Made by a program: the position numbers and the translations under genes. Below are positions 26,161 through 40,017 of a DNA stretch of 64,000 nt, one piece after another. Origin of the DNA: Ptychomitrium polyphyllum (lineage: Eukaryota). Every line of letters starts with the position of its first letter. Position 1 is the first letter of the stretch. The notes below the pieces were generated by a model. It had not been told where the DNA came from, ran no database searches, and saw only the letters and a program-made list of their open reading frames with translations. The stretch spans positions 12,896,001-12,960,000 of the forward strand of contig OZ316775.1 in NCBI GenBank assembly GCA_973851085.1, in the 5' to 3' direction.

Positions 26161-27786
26161 CCTCCCTTTGCACTTCATTGAACATGACATTATTTTCAGC
26201 TGATCAGTCAGTCATTTTCTGAGGAGTTCCACCAAGCTTTCAAAGTCTGTGTGTAGAATAGTGTGTACAAGTCCAGCCCTGTCGGTGTTCTTCATGACAA
26301 ACTGGCATTACATTGTTAAACTTGAAATGACCTGGCAATGCACTGTCTACCTTTTGGTGGAAGAAGGTAGACATTTTTTCTTTTTAAGATTTGAAAGTCA
26401 AAGTGCACTGTAGTAGTCTATGGGTATGTTCAATATATCGTATATTAATCTATGGGTATGTGCATTGTGTCATGTAACAATCTACGGGAAAGCTATGTGT
26501 TACATACCTATTCATTTGGACCCTAAACCAAGTTCATGTAGAATGAAATATATTGTGATTTAATTTAATAAATGAAGTATTGAACTTATTCTTATACACT
26601 ATTAATCTTGGCACAAATTTTATAAAGGATTCAAAGACTTAACACATTTGAATTGGCAAGCTAATGGTATTCTATGTTGTAATTTACATTTCACAAATTA
26701 ATATGTGATGTTTATATCAAAAGAAGGGAATTTTGAAGACATATATATCTATTGATAAATTTTGAGATCCTAAGAAGCAGAGCTTTTGATACAAATATGT
26801 AGTGACTAAAAGAGAATAAGGAATTTGAAACAAGCCTTGATATAACATACTTGTGAAAATTTTAGATCTTTTGATTACTTTTTGATATATGTTGTTTTAT
26901 TTCCAATACATCTTATAGAATTGAACTCAAGAATAATCATAGAAACAAGTTACTTGTGTGAAAATTTCAAAAGCCATGAGCATACAGAACTTATGTTGTA
27001 CTCTGTACTGTTTAGATTTGAAGCTAGAATTGCACTACAACATAGGGGATTAACACTTTCAATCAATCAGGTTGTACTTTGCCAAATAATATTTTTATTC
27101 TTCAAAAACTTCGGTGTGAAAGTTGGTATTCCCTTAGAACCTCGAAAAAGCTTCCTTGAATGCACATGATATACAAACCCTTTGAGAAGTCACCCCAGCA
27201 ACAAAGTTGTTTTTATAATTGTTTGAGCACAATGCATTGTAGAACTACAATGCTGCTAATAAGGATCAAGCCACACTGATATTACCGTTCCTAGGATTGT
27301 AACACATGCTGTTTACAAAATATTGGCAATTGACTGAAACCTCTGTCTATGTTGAAAGAAAAGTAAATGTACTACATTAAAGACACTGCGAACTTAGAAA
27401 TGAGCTCATCTTGATCATCATGCACAACAGAAATCTAAGATTCTCAATTAACTTTCAAACTATCCCATTTCCCATCCAGACTCGGTGGGGCAGCTACACA
27501 TGATTCTATAGTCAAAAGTTGGGTTCAGAAACGTTGTTTTCAGATGGAAGTTTTGTTAACACAATCTGCTCAGGATGTATGCATACATTGACAAACATGA
27601 GAGTTATTAGTCTGCTGCTTCTAATATGAATCTACTCATGTGTCCCTAGCTAACAGTGGTACTACAGTGTGTGTAACGGAGCAATTGTTGGTGCGGAGTG
27701 CAACTGGTGTGCTCGGAGCATTGCAATTGTGGCTGTGCAATGCGGCTGATTTGCTTGCATCATTGGAACGTTGAAGATCCCAGTGC

Positions 27787-27811
27787 AGAGGAGAGGAGAG
27801 GAGAGGAGAGG
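27787..27811. repeat. (AGAGG)5 microsatellite
   Basis: Read directly from the sequence. Confidence 0.9.
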
Positions 27812-29739
27812 AAATTTGGAGTCTGCTGGTCTCTGCTCCACGCTGTGCCTTGGGTTTAGGTTCTGAGCCTTCGGTTTCTGCACAAATGTCCGTTCGTCCT
27901 GGCCATGACCACTTCTTCAAGTCGTGACTTTTTTTAATATATTATTAACTAATTACTGACTTCAAAGTGATTGGAAAAACTACTGGACGAGAGGAAAGTA
28001 GGAAGGAGAAGTGAAAACAAGACAATGAAGGAATGAGAAAATAGATAATGATATAATCAGGTTTTTGAAAGAATGAAAATAATGATCGCAGATTGAAATA
28101 TAATATAATTGTAAGAAAAGGGATAAACAAATGCTTGAGATCAAGGATATGAGAGAATGAATTGTGGTAGATTTTAATACCATAACTCCTATCTTCTTTT
28201 TACCAATGGACTATATAGAATTGAAAATTAAAAATAGAGCTAGGTGGAACATTAGAAGATATGTGTTATAAATATTTTATTCCATAATTCTAGGAGAATC
28301 TAATGCCATACACCCTTTTTAGGTGGCCTTGTTTTAGTGATAAATAATTTTGAGCTCTTTTCGCTGGAAATTTACACTTGGATATATACTTGTTGCATGT
28401 ATCCATGATGTATTATAACTGCAGAATTCTATCTCCCCTAAATGGGTCTTAATCTGCTCGGCAGTACCAAGACCAGGATTCAAAGCTTTGCGCACAACAT
28501 GTGATAAGGGCATCATGAATGCAAGCGGGGTTCAAATGTATTCGGTGTTGCAATTAATTCGTGGATTTGTGAAGAAAGTTAGAGGCCTAAGAAGAAAAAG
28601 AAATACTTTCAAAAGCAACAAAGGAGAGATGGCGACGTAGCCGGGGAGATAGAAATCGAGACTGTTGATCGGCAGAAACATCCTGTGGTCCTGTAATCGA
28701 CGAAGGAGTTTAATTAAGTTGCATGCTTCTTCACTTCCGTGTGTTCTTGGCTTGCTGCCCCCCCTGTGGGCTATGCTATGGCCATTTTCAGAGGCTTCAA
28801 GTAACTTTCAAGATCGGCAATGGGCATACGTTTACCTGCCCTGACCCTCCAATTTCAAAAGTAAGGAATAAGGTTCCAACTTCTCGGCAATCTCATTCTT
28901 CCTGCCGTTTTCAAACTGACTTCCTTCGATTTTCCACCCTACACTTCCGAATTTGCTTGCTTCGTTCGTTAGCAATCTGAGGAAGAAGCGCGTGATTATA
29001 CCTGAGTATTTAACTATCTCATATGTCTCAGTTAGCTGGAAGTTTGTCACAAGTATTTGCATAAGCAGAAAGGGCATTTAAAGATCTACGAATCAAGAAA
29101 CAGTCCAGCGACCTGGATCAGTTTATGCCCGAGATACCGGCTAAAAGGGCGGGTACACGAATGAGGAGGTACTATCCTGCAAGTGCACTTTTACAATGCT
29201 CCACAAGTAGACAACTCAGGCGTTCCCAAGTACAAATGCAGAAACGGACCTTTTAATGCAGTGCACGAAAGTAGTCCCGTTCCATACATACAATCCTATG
29301 ACACTGTTTGAAGCATGAACTACTACGATGAATATACTTTTAGTCCGTAACACATGCCATTCACCTCATTGCTACAATATGTATTCCTCCGACCTATCGC
29401 CTCTTGTTGACAGAATTACAATTTATGCACAAATGTGTGCGTCGTTGTCAGTAAACTCTTCTTCAGAATCCGGCTTTCTCTTGCAAGAATAGGAAACTTG
29501 ACCTTCAATGGGTTAAGCAGGAGTCTCCATTGCGCAAAATATGTCTCCATCAGTAAGAATCACTATCTGTGCCTCACAGAGCTGTTACAAAGACCCAATA
29601 TCAGCCTCTTTGATTCTTCGCATGATAGAATGCAACCTGAGACACTCTAACACTATCTAATGGCACATACATGCACTTGACAGAACTTTTAACATTTCAG
29701 GAGTAACTTCCAACTTCAATGTTCCCGGATCGTTGTGAT

Positions 29740-31605
29740 CTAAATGCATCGCGGGAAATGCGTGCCACCAACATAACCACCGGCCATCGATCTTCGCACG
29801 CTTTGTTCAAACAGACGAGGATTATCCCTCAAAACTTCTGCAGCCTCGTGATTGAGGGGGTCATCTGGATTAGGATCCTGCATAACAAGGATTACTTAGA
29901 CACCAGCAATATTATCCATATTATCACAAAGAACAGCTGAAAGTCATAAGGAGAGCTGAAACATGCAAAGGCAACGAAGATACAGTAACAACGCAGAAAC
30001 ACGAACGCAGAAGAAACTCCCACACAAAAAGTACAGTCGAACCCTAATTAGTTATATATTCAACAGCATATGTTAACACAAGCAACTATAAACATCGAAG
30101 TTATATCCAAATAAAGTTCACTGTGCTTCCATCTTGAACTGAAAAAGAAACACTCATCATCGTGCACAAAATGGACACAATGTAAAAACTGTTGCAAGAT
30201 TCTTGAACATCTCGTCCATGCAAGACAACATGAGGATACAATATCAATACCTGACTCTTTCTGTATGCAGTGGAAAACTTTTAGAGAATAAACCCAAAAA
30301 AATAGAAAAAAAGGGAGGGAAAAGCTTACCAAGAAGAGATACTGAAGGCCATAAACGATGGAATTGACACTAAGCACTGGTTTCCAATCCTCGCGGAGAA
30401 TATTCAAGCACACGTTTCCCTCAAGATCGATATTAGGATGGTATACCTGCACCATTATCAATGCCGAACATCAGGATGAGCTTCTCCATAAACGAACAAG
30501 TTTTATGAATAATCCATCCCCTGTTGACTTTTAGAGAAAAGGGAGATGCAGTCCCCAAATATCTACCTACACAATGACCTAAACACAGTAGACAAAAAGG
30601 TTTTTTCTTTTAAAATTTCCCTTACCTTGGTCTTGCATTTCACCTTAGGTGCCTCGTGAGGGTACACCTGAGAGATTGAGAAACTGAAGACAAATGTACC
30701 ACCTCTGCGAAAAAACATCCAATAAGACCATGGAAACTTCAAATATAACTGCCATATACAAATTGAGTTCCCATTCTAAACGAAATCTTCAAAATTCTTT
30801 TGAAGTGATGCATTCTCATGAATAATTCATCATCTCTAGGCTCCAGAAGCAGCTGAAGTGTAAGGAGATTCCGGTAGCTGAACGATTAGCGTCAAATAAG
30901 AAGAGAGCATGTGGGTATCTAAAGAACGGCAGATGGACTCACTGGTAGTAGCCTTCATCTGGTCGGATGGTGATCTCAAAGCTGAGAAGATTATCTTTGC
31001 CATTTGGGAAGTGTATAGCGGTAGTTTTGGCCAAATTCAACTCACTTATATCTGCAGTATCCACCTGTACCTGTTAAACCGTGAATTCATTTTCAAAAAG
31101 AGCATGCCTATTAGAACTGTCCACCAGCATCAGCTTGAAAACGAAGGAGAAGGATGTGGAAAACAGAAGAAGCAAAAATTAGGTCGAAAAGAAACCTCAA
31201 ATGGAAAAGCAAATACAAAATAGCAACAGACAGAACAGAAGCAAGAAGCTCTTTCAAGGACGGAACCATAAACTCCAGTACGGACGCAATTATACAACAA
31301 ACTTGACCAGCCCTTTCACCACCAGAGAAAGGATAGATAGACACAGGGAGAGCGAATTTCTCAAAGTCATAAAACCGATAGATTTCAAAAATGCACACTG
31401 CAGAGTCGGTAACCCTAAGTCAACAACAAATCATACTGAAAATGATTCTCAACCCTAGCAACAGCAATCATATGGCAGAAATAATGCCCGGACCAGCACC
31501 TTTCTGGACGCGTAATTCACCAGCACTTTGCTTCTTGATAGGTCGGCCATTGTTATTCTGAGCATCTTCTTTTTGTTTCTGCTTCACACTAAATAGCTTA
31601 ATCAT
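29740..31605 (-). CDS. RCE1: NEDD8/RUB1-conjugating E2 enzyme (UBC12/RCE1), 182 aa; exons 31605-31500, 31051-30943, 30704-30626, 30446-30330, 29877-29740
   Basis: The spliced ORF is 549 nt with all-GT/AG introns: [14 protein letters not shown]...[19 protein letters not shown]...[24 protein letters not shown]...[19 protein letters not shown]...FPRCI*. The MIKLFS N-terminus and catalytic Cys are characteristic of Ubc12. Probable 5'UTR intron donor at 32182. Confidence 0.96.
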
Positions 31606-32307
31606 CTTGAGCCCGCGCGCTTCCTCGTCTCTTCTGGAGCCTCGACACTCTTCACCATCAATTCATAGTCATTATAAATTCAGCTTATAAATGCTAAAAG
31701 AAAAACAAATAAATGAAAATAAAACACTACAACCCGCGTTTCCAAGGTAACCTTCGAGCGAGTTCCGATCAAGGTAGGCAACCATCCCAAAATCCAACTG
31801 ACTCAACAATCAGCATCAACAAAACATCGCATGAAACTCACGCAGCTCCAAAGCCGATCCATCGCCGTGATTAAAATATAAACGTCACTTCCATCCACAC
31901 ACACACACACGCACGAATTCTCGCCAAACCAAAAAAACCACAGAAACCTCAACTCCAATCTCACGTCGCTGAGTACAACAGACACTTCCGCTACGACCTC
32001 CCCGCCACATGCATCTCCTTCACCAAACATCATTTCTTCAAACTCTCAATCACGCAGGACACCTCGAAGCCAGCCACCATAAAAACTCTCCAACCTCGCC
32101 CTTGCAGGTGTCCTGAATCCCGCCACAATGAAAGGAGTCCGTCATCGACAGAAGCCCTGACTCCCAGTTGCAAGCGGCGTACCTGTAAGGGGGGGGAGGG
32201 GGGGAGGAGCGCCAGAAAGACGACGGACAGCGAAGCTGAAGGCGCGCATGAAACAGAAGCTGCAGAGGAAAAGTGGAGCAACGCAAATGAGGAAGTCTTG
32301 CCAACAC

Positions 32308-32424
32308 TGCAAATGCAACTGCAACTGCAAATGCAACTGCAACTGCAAATGCAACTGCAACTGCAAATGCAACTGCAACTGCAAATGCAACTGCAACTGC
32401 AAATGCATATGCAAATGCAAATGC
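32308..32424. repeat. TGCAAA/TGCAAC hexamer array with 18-bp higher-order period, in the RCE1 5' region
   Basis: 19 hexamers; five perfect TGCAAATGCAACTGCAAC units at 32308-32397. Confidence 0.95.
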
Positions 32425-35400
32425 CATGGACTGTTTCTTTCTCGCCTCCCCCCGGCAGCCGACGGAGGGGATGACACATAGGACGACGCCCGGCTCTCCG
32501 CCGGCACAGGTGCGCAGGTGGGTCGCGGCTCTTCATTTTCCTCGCATGCGGGACGCATCCCGAAAACCGTCGATGCACCCAAAGCCGACCGATCCTATAC
32601 TGTCATCGTACGCTTCGCTTTATGACATCCGCGTTCTGCGTAGATAAGATGCAGTGGGCGTCTGTTCACTGCTGGACAATGGAGCAGGGTCAACAGTCAT
32701 CAGTCATCAGCCTCATCGGTGACTATGCAAAGTGATTTTGGATGACCGTATACATCACGCAAAATTCTGTATTTTGGCATTTTGGCAGTTACATTGGAAC
32801 AACATTCATTCTTCAGCAGTTGAAGCAACTAGTCCCCTTGGCTGGGACCTTGGAAAGTGGAAATGTGGGATATGTTGTAATAAATTCTTGAAGATGTCAA
32901 TCTAGTTTGGTGACTTCTCTTTGAAGTGCTTCATTTTTTAACAAAGTAGATGAAATAGGATATTCAAAGATGTTGTGAAGAATGTTATGGGATTGTTGCA
33001 TAAGCCACTAGAATATTCTCATTTATGAGTATTAAATCAAATTAAAGTAAATTATTGAGAATTGCTATCATAACATTTTTGAACCTTTATAAAGATATAT
33101 TTATACTTATTTCTGTTCAACAATAAGAGGAGGTATTAAAGTGATTAAAATTGCTTGTAATAGATAGGGTGATTTCTTTTGGATTAGAGTTATACAAGTA
33201 TAATATAAAATTCCTCTAGAACTTTAAATTTTTTTAATAATTAGAATATTAAAGAACAATTAATGCAATCTAGGAAGTTTACATAATAGGATTAGATGAA
33301 GGATGTCAATGCACATTATTTTAGAGAAAATGCATTTAAAAACTTCAAAAGCTAATTTATTATTGATTTGATAATCCTAACAAATTTGAAATTGATTTTT
33401 AATTGAGCATCTTTTTTGTACAAATGATTTAAGAACAATATGATTCAAAATTTTTAGGCCAATATCGATTGTGATTTTATATGAAAGTATCATCATTGTT
33501 TATATATTTATAGTGAAGTCTATAGTGAAAAATACATGTGATTAAGAAAAAAAAAACCAAAAGTAAAAAGGCCAAAAAGGCCCCAAAATGTTAAAAAAAT
33601 TACATAAAAAATATTATAGACATAGAAATAACAAGGTAATGTTTTAAAATTCCAAGATATGTAACAAGATATTTTTAAGGTATATTAAAAGCAAAGAGCT
33701 ATAAGAAAATACTGAAATAAGACCAGGAGATCTAAACTAAATAATAAAAAATGCGTTGTTGAAGTTAAAGATCCTTTTATCCTTCTATCTCATATATATG
33801 AGGGTTACAAGCCTAAGAAGTTTTTTGAGAAACTTCTAATATAATGCTTAATACTCAAGTAAGCTTGGATTGCTTCCTTAGAAGTTATTCCAACCAAGGT
33901 AACTTCATTGGAAGATTCTTTGGCCTTCTTAGACCTTCTAAAAATCTACATCGTTAGGACAATTGTTGGGACGACGTTTGATATCAAGAACAAGACGATC
34001 AATGGTATTTGCCATACAAACCTGGTCACAAAATGATGAACTCATTGGGGCTGAAACAATGGTTGAACATACATAAAATTGTTTAGGCTTCAATATAATT
34101 GCTTGGTATTGATTGTGTGTTGCCTTTTCCTACTTTGGTGCAAAATAAGACTGCTTGGATAAAGCATCTAACAACCCTTGCTACTTCTTAGGTCAATATG
34201 CATTGGAAAAAACAAATTGAGATAAAGACATATTCCAACGAGCTTGGCGACAATTCAAAACACAAGATAACACGCAATAATTAAGGTTTTTGTGGTTTGT
34301 ATATACAGCATTTGGATGCGCCACACCCTTGAGCAAGTAGCGCCATTCTTAGAAGGAATCCACAATTGCAAGGAATTCCTTGTTGTAGATCTTATAGTTA
34401 ATTTTTGCAGCAGAAAATTTTCTAGGAATGAAATGCAATTAGGTGGAATCTCCTTTCTTCTTTTAGTTGTGATAAAACTGCTTTTAATGAATAGTTGAAT
34501 GCATCCATCTCCATGTAAAATGGTTATGAAAAGTCTAGATGGACTAAAATAAGAGCAATGATAAAAACTTGTTTAAAATTTTGGAATGCATCCTTGGCAT
34601 TTAATCTCCACTCAAGTTTTTTTTTGTTTGTTAGTTGTGTGAGTGGCACAACTATTTAATAGTCCTTGATACAAATCCTATAAAATTTTGCAAATCCAAA
34701 TTTTTTTTGAATATCATGGACCAATTTTGGCCTTGTCCAATTGCAAATTGTTTCAACCTTTTTTGGATCCAACAATAGTCTTTTATTAAAGATGATATAT
34801 CTAAAGAACTTTATTTAATGCTTAGGGATCATACATTTCTCTATCTTGGCATACAAACCAATATTTTTGTAGCTTATGTAAAACTATATGAACATGTCAA
34901 TCATGCTGCTCAAAATGCTTTGATTAGATTAAGATATTATCCAAATTGTATATGACAAAATCATCAAAGTACTTGCAAAATACATCATTCGTTAGGTGTT
35001 GAAAAATTGTGGATGCGTTGGTAAATCCAAAAAGCATAGCATTGTATTTAAAATGTCCATACCTTGTTCAAAATGCCGTCTTTGATGTGTCTCCGTTTTT
35101 AATGCATACCAAATTATAAGCTCCTTGCAGATTTATTTTGGAGTAGATTATTGCTTGACCAAGTTGATCAAGATGTTTAGATATCAGCGGCAACAGATAT
35201 TGGTTCTTCACTGTTATTTTCTTGAGGTTGCAGTAATTAATACACATTTGTATGAATCCATCTTTTTTTCTTTACAAATAGTATTGGAGCACCAATAGGA
35301 GACTTTGAATATTAAATGAAGTTCTTGGCTGAGCTTTCAGTAATATACTTTCTTAATGCCAAAAGCTTATTTTGGGACAAACTTTAGATGTTTAAATAGG

Positions 35401-35546
35401 AGTTGAAAGCCATCTTGGAGGTCAATGGTACAATTGTAGGAGCAATGTTTTAATAGGGTGTCTCTATTATTTTTTTCAAATACATTTTGGAATTCTTTAT
35501 AATTTTCTAGAATGGTTGATTATGAAACCACATCTATGGATATTGG

Positions 35547-36754
35547 TATCAACTCTAGATTATGCACCAAATATTTTTTTAGATTATTTTTGGTATTTTG
35601 ATAAGATATAGTATTAGTTAAAATCAATTGTGAGAAAATAGAGGTTTTGGCCTAAATTATGAACTTAGGCCTCAAATTATCAAGTTGGTTTTAATAAAAT
35701 CTAATTATATAGATTAGATTCTAAATAAATCTTGTTTAAAGTGAGTTTGTTAGGAAAGATGGAATTAGTTGTAGTTGGAATATGGTGAAAGAAGAAGATG
35801 AAGAACTATTCTACCTTTCAAATGTTATTCCCACAAACACAAACCAAGCCGACTTCTAGTGAAATCCTCTCTAAAATTAATATTTTTCATTAGTTAATAT
35901 ATTGTTTTGCATTAGTTTTGGCTAATTAAATTATTAGAGGTTAAAATTTGTGCATTGATTGGTATCCATGGTGATTTATCATCACCTTGTGGCAAATGGA
36001 TGTCAATTATTGATCCTCCCCAAAAATTGTAAGCAAGTGGCTTGTAAGTTGTTAGCAAGTTGTTAACAAGTGTGTTAACAAGTGGCTTGCTAGTTGTTAG
36101 CAGGTGGATACTTAAGGCCCTTTTAAGGCCTTGTTTTCTCTCTCTCACCTTTGATTTGAGCCCTTGGCAAGGGCTGCCCATTGAGGCACCAAAGAGTAGT
36201 ATTTGTTTTATTTTTTATACTTATGTTATAAGGTGTTTGTCTTACACCCTGGCTGGACCACTTTGAACTTACTTTTATTGGATTAATTTTTAAAATTTTA
36301 CATGTCTATTGAGTAGAGGAAGAAGAATTAGTAAGGTTAGGCACAAGAATCATCAAATTTGGAACTAAATTGAGAAAGTTATGAGGGGTTGAAGTTTGAG
36401 AGATTTTCTACTTCTGCGGTTGCTGTTGTGTTGTGCTATGCTGTTTTCATCTAGCAGCCTTATTTTCATCTAATTACTTGTTTCATCCAATTTTTCTCAT
36501 CAAACTCTTTCCTTTTTTCTTTCTATTTCTATCTAATTCTTCTATTTTTTCTTGTGTTATTTTTCATCACTTGTTTTAATTAAATCAATAGGATGCCATT
36601 GCTTGGAAGGAATTATTTAGAAAGTTGGAATTTTAAAGGCTTGATTAATTAATCAACCATTAGAGCAATCTCACAATTGGTTCCTACTACCTCTTGAACT
36701 TGTTGTAAAGTTATTCTTTCTCTACAAGTGGATAGGGAGGGTTTTTGGCCCACA
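35547..36754. mobile_element. Solo LTR (~1.2 kb) of an unrelated family
   Basis: Ends Ta...CCCACA; decayed 5-bp TSD ATTGG/GTCGG; host sequence is contiguous across it; internal short tandem repeats at ~36035-36110. Confidence 0.7.
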
Positions 36755-37558
36755 GTCGGAATCACATACATAGCAAATAAAAATGCCATCTTTTACTGCC
36801 CTCATAAATTCTCTAGCTCTAACAAAGAGAGGCTTTATGGTCTTAGGTTTGTAAAATGTGTGAGCTTCCTTTCTTTGCTTGGTTGTTACAGATTCTAATA
36901 TTGGAAATTCTATCTTATGGGATGTTCAATCTATATGCAAATTGTACTTTTCTAACTAAGAGAGCCTTACAATGATGAAATTATTTAAAGATTTAATGAC
37001 ATTAAATACCACTTAGCTACTAAGGTTGTTCAATGTTCCTTTTAATGGATTGGTCTCATTAATAACATCTCTAGACGATAAAGGTCGACTATTTATGGCT
37101 TCTATATGCACCGGCTAGGACTTTCTGATATAAAGAAATTTATGGGTTTTCAAATATTTTTTATCAATAAAGCAAACAGAGGCCCTTCAATCTAGTAGAA
37201 CAAGACTATTGAAGTTCCAAACACCTAAATAAATAGATATTGTAAAATAAGAAGAAATGTGGGCTAAGAAGATAAGATTTTTTTTTCTTGCAAAGAAAGT
37301 ATTCTAGCTGCACGGTCCCTATTGTGGCTAGATATTCTTGTGTACCTACAAAGCATTTGCAATTGTGAATGTACTACTCATTCAATGTATATATAGAGGT
37401 TTTATTGGCCAGTAATTAACCTTGTAACTAAATTTTCCATAACCCAAATACAACCTTTGCTCTATTTATTGCTTCTTCTTATAATCAATAAGGGGCTTGA
37501 AATAAAATGCATAAATTTGCATAGCTTTTGCTTCCAAATACTTCTTATAGGTGGACGT

Positions 37559-38068
37559 CGTCACGGACATAAATCATGCAACATAGTCTCTAGAACATTC
37601 TAGAACCTTCTACTATACTATAATAGCTTCTTAGAATACTTTTAGATGTCTCCATAGTCTTTCCATGTTCTTAAGAAGCTTCCTAGGAAAGTTCCTCTAC
37701 CTTAGGAAACTTCCTAGGAAGGTTCCATCACCTTAGAAAACTTCCTAGGAAGGTTCCAACTCCTTGGAAGCTTCTTAGGAAGGTTCCAACATCTTAGGAA
37801 ACTTCTTGAGAAGGTTCCTTAGACTTCCAGAACATTCTTAAGCCTTGTAGGAAGCTTCTTTAGAAGTATCCTAGGAGATACCAATGTCCTAGTATAAATA
37901 AGAGGCAAGACAAGGTATTCCTTAGTCTTGCCAACACAAGTTGTGATTCATCTTGAATCTTGCCTTGTTTTAGTCTTTGTATCAAAGTTCTTATTAATCA
38001 TTAGCTCTTTGGAAGCTAATTCTTGGGAAATACTTCGTTTTTGCTTCTTGTTTCTTGTGTCCCTAACA
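37559..38068 (+). mobile_element. Family-1 solo LTR with non-matching flanks
   Basis: Homologous to 53014-53628 (cGTCACGG...CCCTAACA); flanks GACGT/GAAAT. Confidence 0.9.
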
Positions 38069-38451
38069 GAAATTTTCAAGAAATACGGAAAAAGTAATGA
38101 AAAAACAAGGCTTTAGAATTTCAAGATATGAAATAAGATATGTCTATGGTAAATTAGAAGAAAAGAGCTATAAAAAAGTACAAAGACAAGGCTAGAAGGT
38201 TTGAGTTAGACCACAAAAGCTGCGTTGTTGAGATTGAAGATTTCTTTAGCCTCAGCTCTTATATATAATATTGGGAACATAAGAATTAAGAAGCAAAAAC
38301 AAAGTGTTTTCCAAAAATTAGCTTCCAAAGAGCTAATGATTAACAAGAACCAATACAACAACTAAAGCAAGGCAAGATACAATATGATCTATAATATGTG
38401 TTGGAAAGACTAAGGTATACCTTGTCTTGCTTCCTATTTAATTTATGACAA

Positions 38452-40017
38452 TGTTGTAATAAAAGAGCCTTGCTTTGAGAATGCACTTGGCCTCTAGCTC
38501 CTTTGAATCTTTCAACAAGTTGACAAGATAATATTTACCTAGTCATTTAAGTTAAAGAGTTTTTTGATCATGCTTTTTAAGCTTTATAAAAATCACAATC
38601 CAAACCCAAACCATAACTACATACTGCCACCATAAATCCGCTTACAATTTTGCTCATATTTCTCATTATAAAAGTTTAATGAACCTGATATTTTGACATT
38701 ATGTTTTTGAGGCATATAAAAACTATGGCAAGAATTTTGTAATCATAACTACTATAAACATTGAAAACCATGCTTTCAAAGTTCTCACTTCCCACAACAC
38801 AACTCGTAGACCCCCTCTAATTTACTCCTTCATAACTTCCCTTCTATTACAACTATAATTTGAAAATTTACACATAAATTACTCATCTTATAACAAACAC
38901 TTCACTAAAAGATCAACCTCAAAAATTCCTTCAATCTTCTCTTATGGCCCAAAATGTACAACCTCAACTTTGTTGTATACAACTCTCAAAGTCCTGACTA
39001 CAATTTTTCTTATATTTATCTCAATTCAAGCCTCTTTTTCTCCAAATTTTTACAATATTATCTTAAAGTAGTCAAAATATTACTTTCCAAAATTTATTAC
39101 CAAATTTTAAATACACAAAAAGTTATAAGCACCCAAAGCAGCTGCTTCCTGAAACTCAAGGCAGTTGAATCAATTATACTCAAACTAAAACCACGGTCAC
39201 ACACTAACTTCAAATAGAGCTTGTGATAACATCTTAAAGAACTAATAAGGAAAAAAAGAAAATTCAACAAAAGTCAACTCAAACAAAAAAGTGTACTATG
39301 AAATATGATCGAAGGAAGGACTGCTTTAAGTAACAAGTGGGTGAGGCTGAGAGGGAAGAAGCAGGTGGTGGTTAAACCGCCACATCCGCCTTTTATTACT
39401 CCACATCAGCCTTATCTCTCCACATCAACTTCTAGTCTCCTTTATTAAACCCTTATCTAACCGTATCTTCAAATAAAAAACAACCTAAATCCTTTTATTT
39501 TGCTTTTCTTTCTTTTCTTTCCTTTGGTTGAAACTTCTACATTCCAAACTACAAAGGAAGACAAAATCAATCCTCACAAATCTAAATTAGGAAAATAAAA
39601 CTGAAATAAAAGGAAGAAAATATGGAAAAAATTGAAGTTCAATGAATATAAAGTCACTGTTGAGGCAAAATCAAACACCAAGCCATGAACTTGGTTGACT
39701 GGATAAAATTCAAATACAGAACCGGTCCAAGTTTGATTCTCGTTGGATTCGTTGATTGGGATGGCGGCACTTGGCTTAATACTACTAGTGAGAACGGCAG
39801 GCAGGAAAATAATGCAGTCAATCGGCGCCTTCACTCCGAGCTAAGACAAGATGCAGTTCTGCTTCCAAGATACTCAAAACCGTGGTTTTACCACAATCCT
39901 TTTCACCTAAATTTTCTTTTCATTCAGGTACTCCCTTTAAAAATACAATAAATCAAAATCCACAAAACAATACATATTAACTAAGTTTTAAGCCATATAA
40001 CTATTTACACCACAACA
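38452..40017. mobile_element. ~1.57-kb solo-LTR-like insertion (copy 2) inside a family-1 LTR
   Basis: TGTTGT...ACAACA termini; decayed 4-bp TSD ACAA/ACGC; near-identical inverted copy of 1416-2981. Confidence 0.8.

Larger units (their letters stand above)
33600..38268 (-). mobile_element. Heavily decayed, internally deleted family-2 element(s): LTR remnant, RNaseH/RT, protease/gag end, LTR remnant; carries nested solo LTRs
   Basis: Homologous to about 3240-5620 and to the family-2 LTR; left boundary approximate. Confidence 0.8.

Noticed and set aside
30060..30461. 133-aa ORF as a standalone E2 protein
   Set aside because: It is RCE1 exon 4 reading into intron sequence.
32030..32647. Cys-rich (metallothionein-like), Ala/Val and Gln/Leu ORFs
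   Set aside because: All are translations of the stop-free TGCAAA/TGCAAC microsatellite in the RCE1 5' region.
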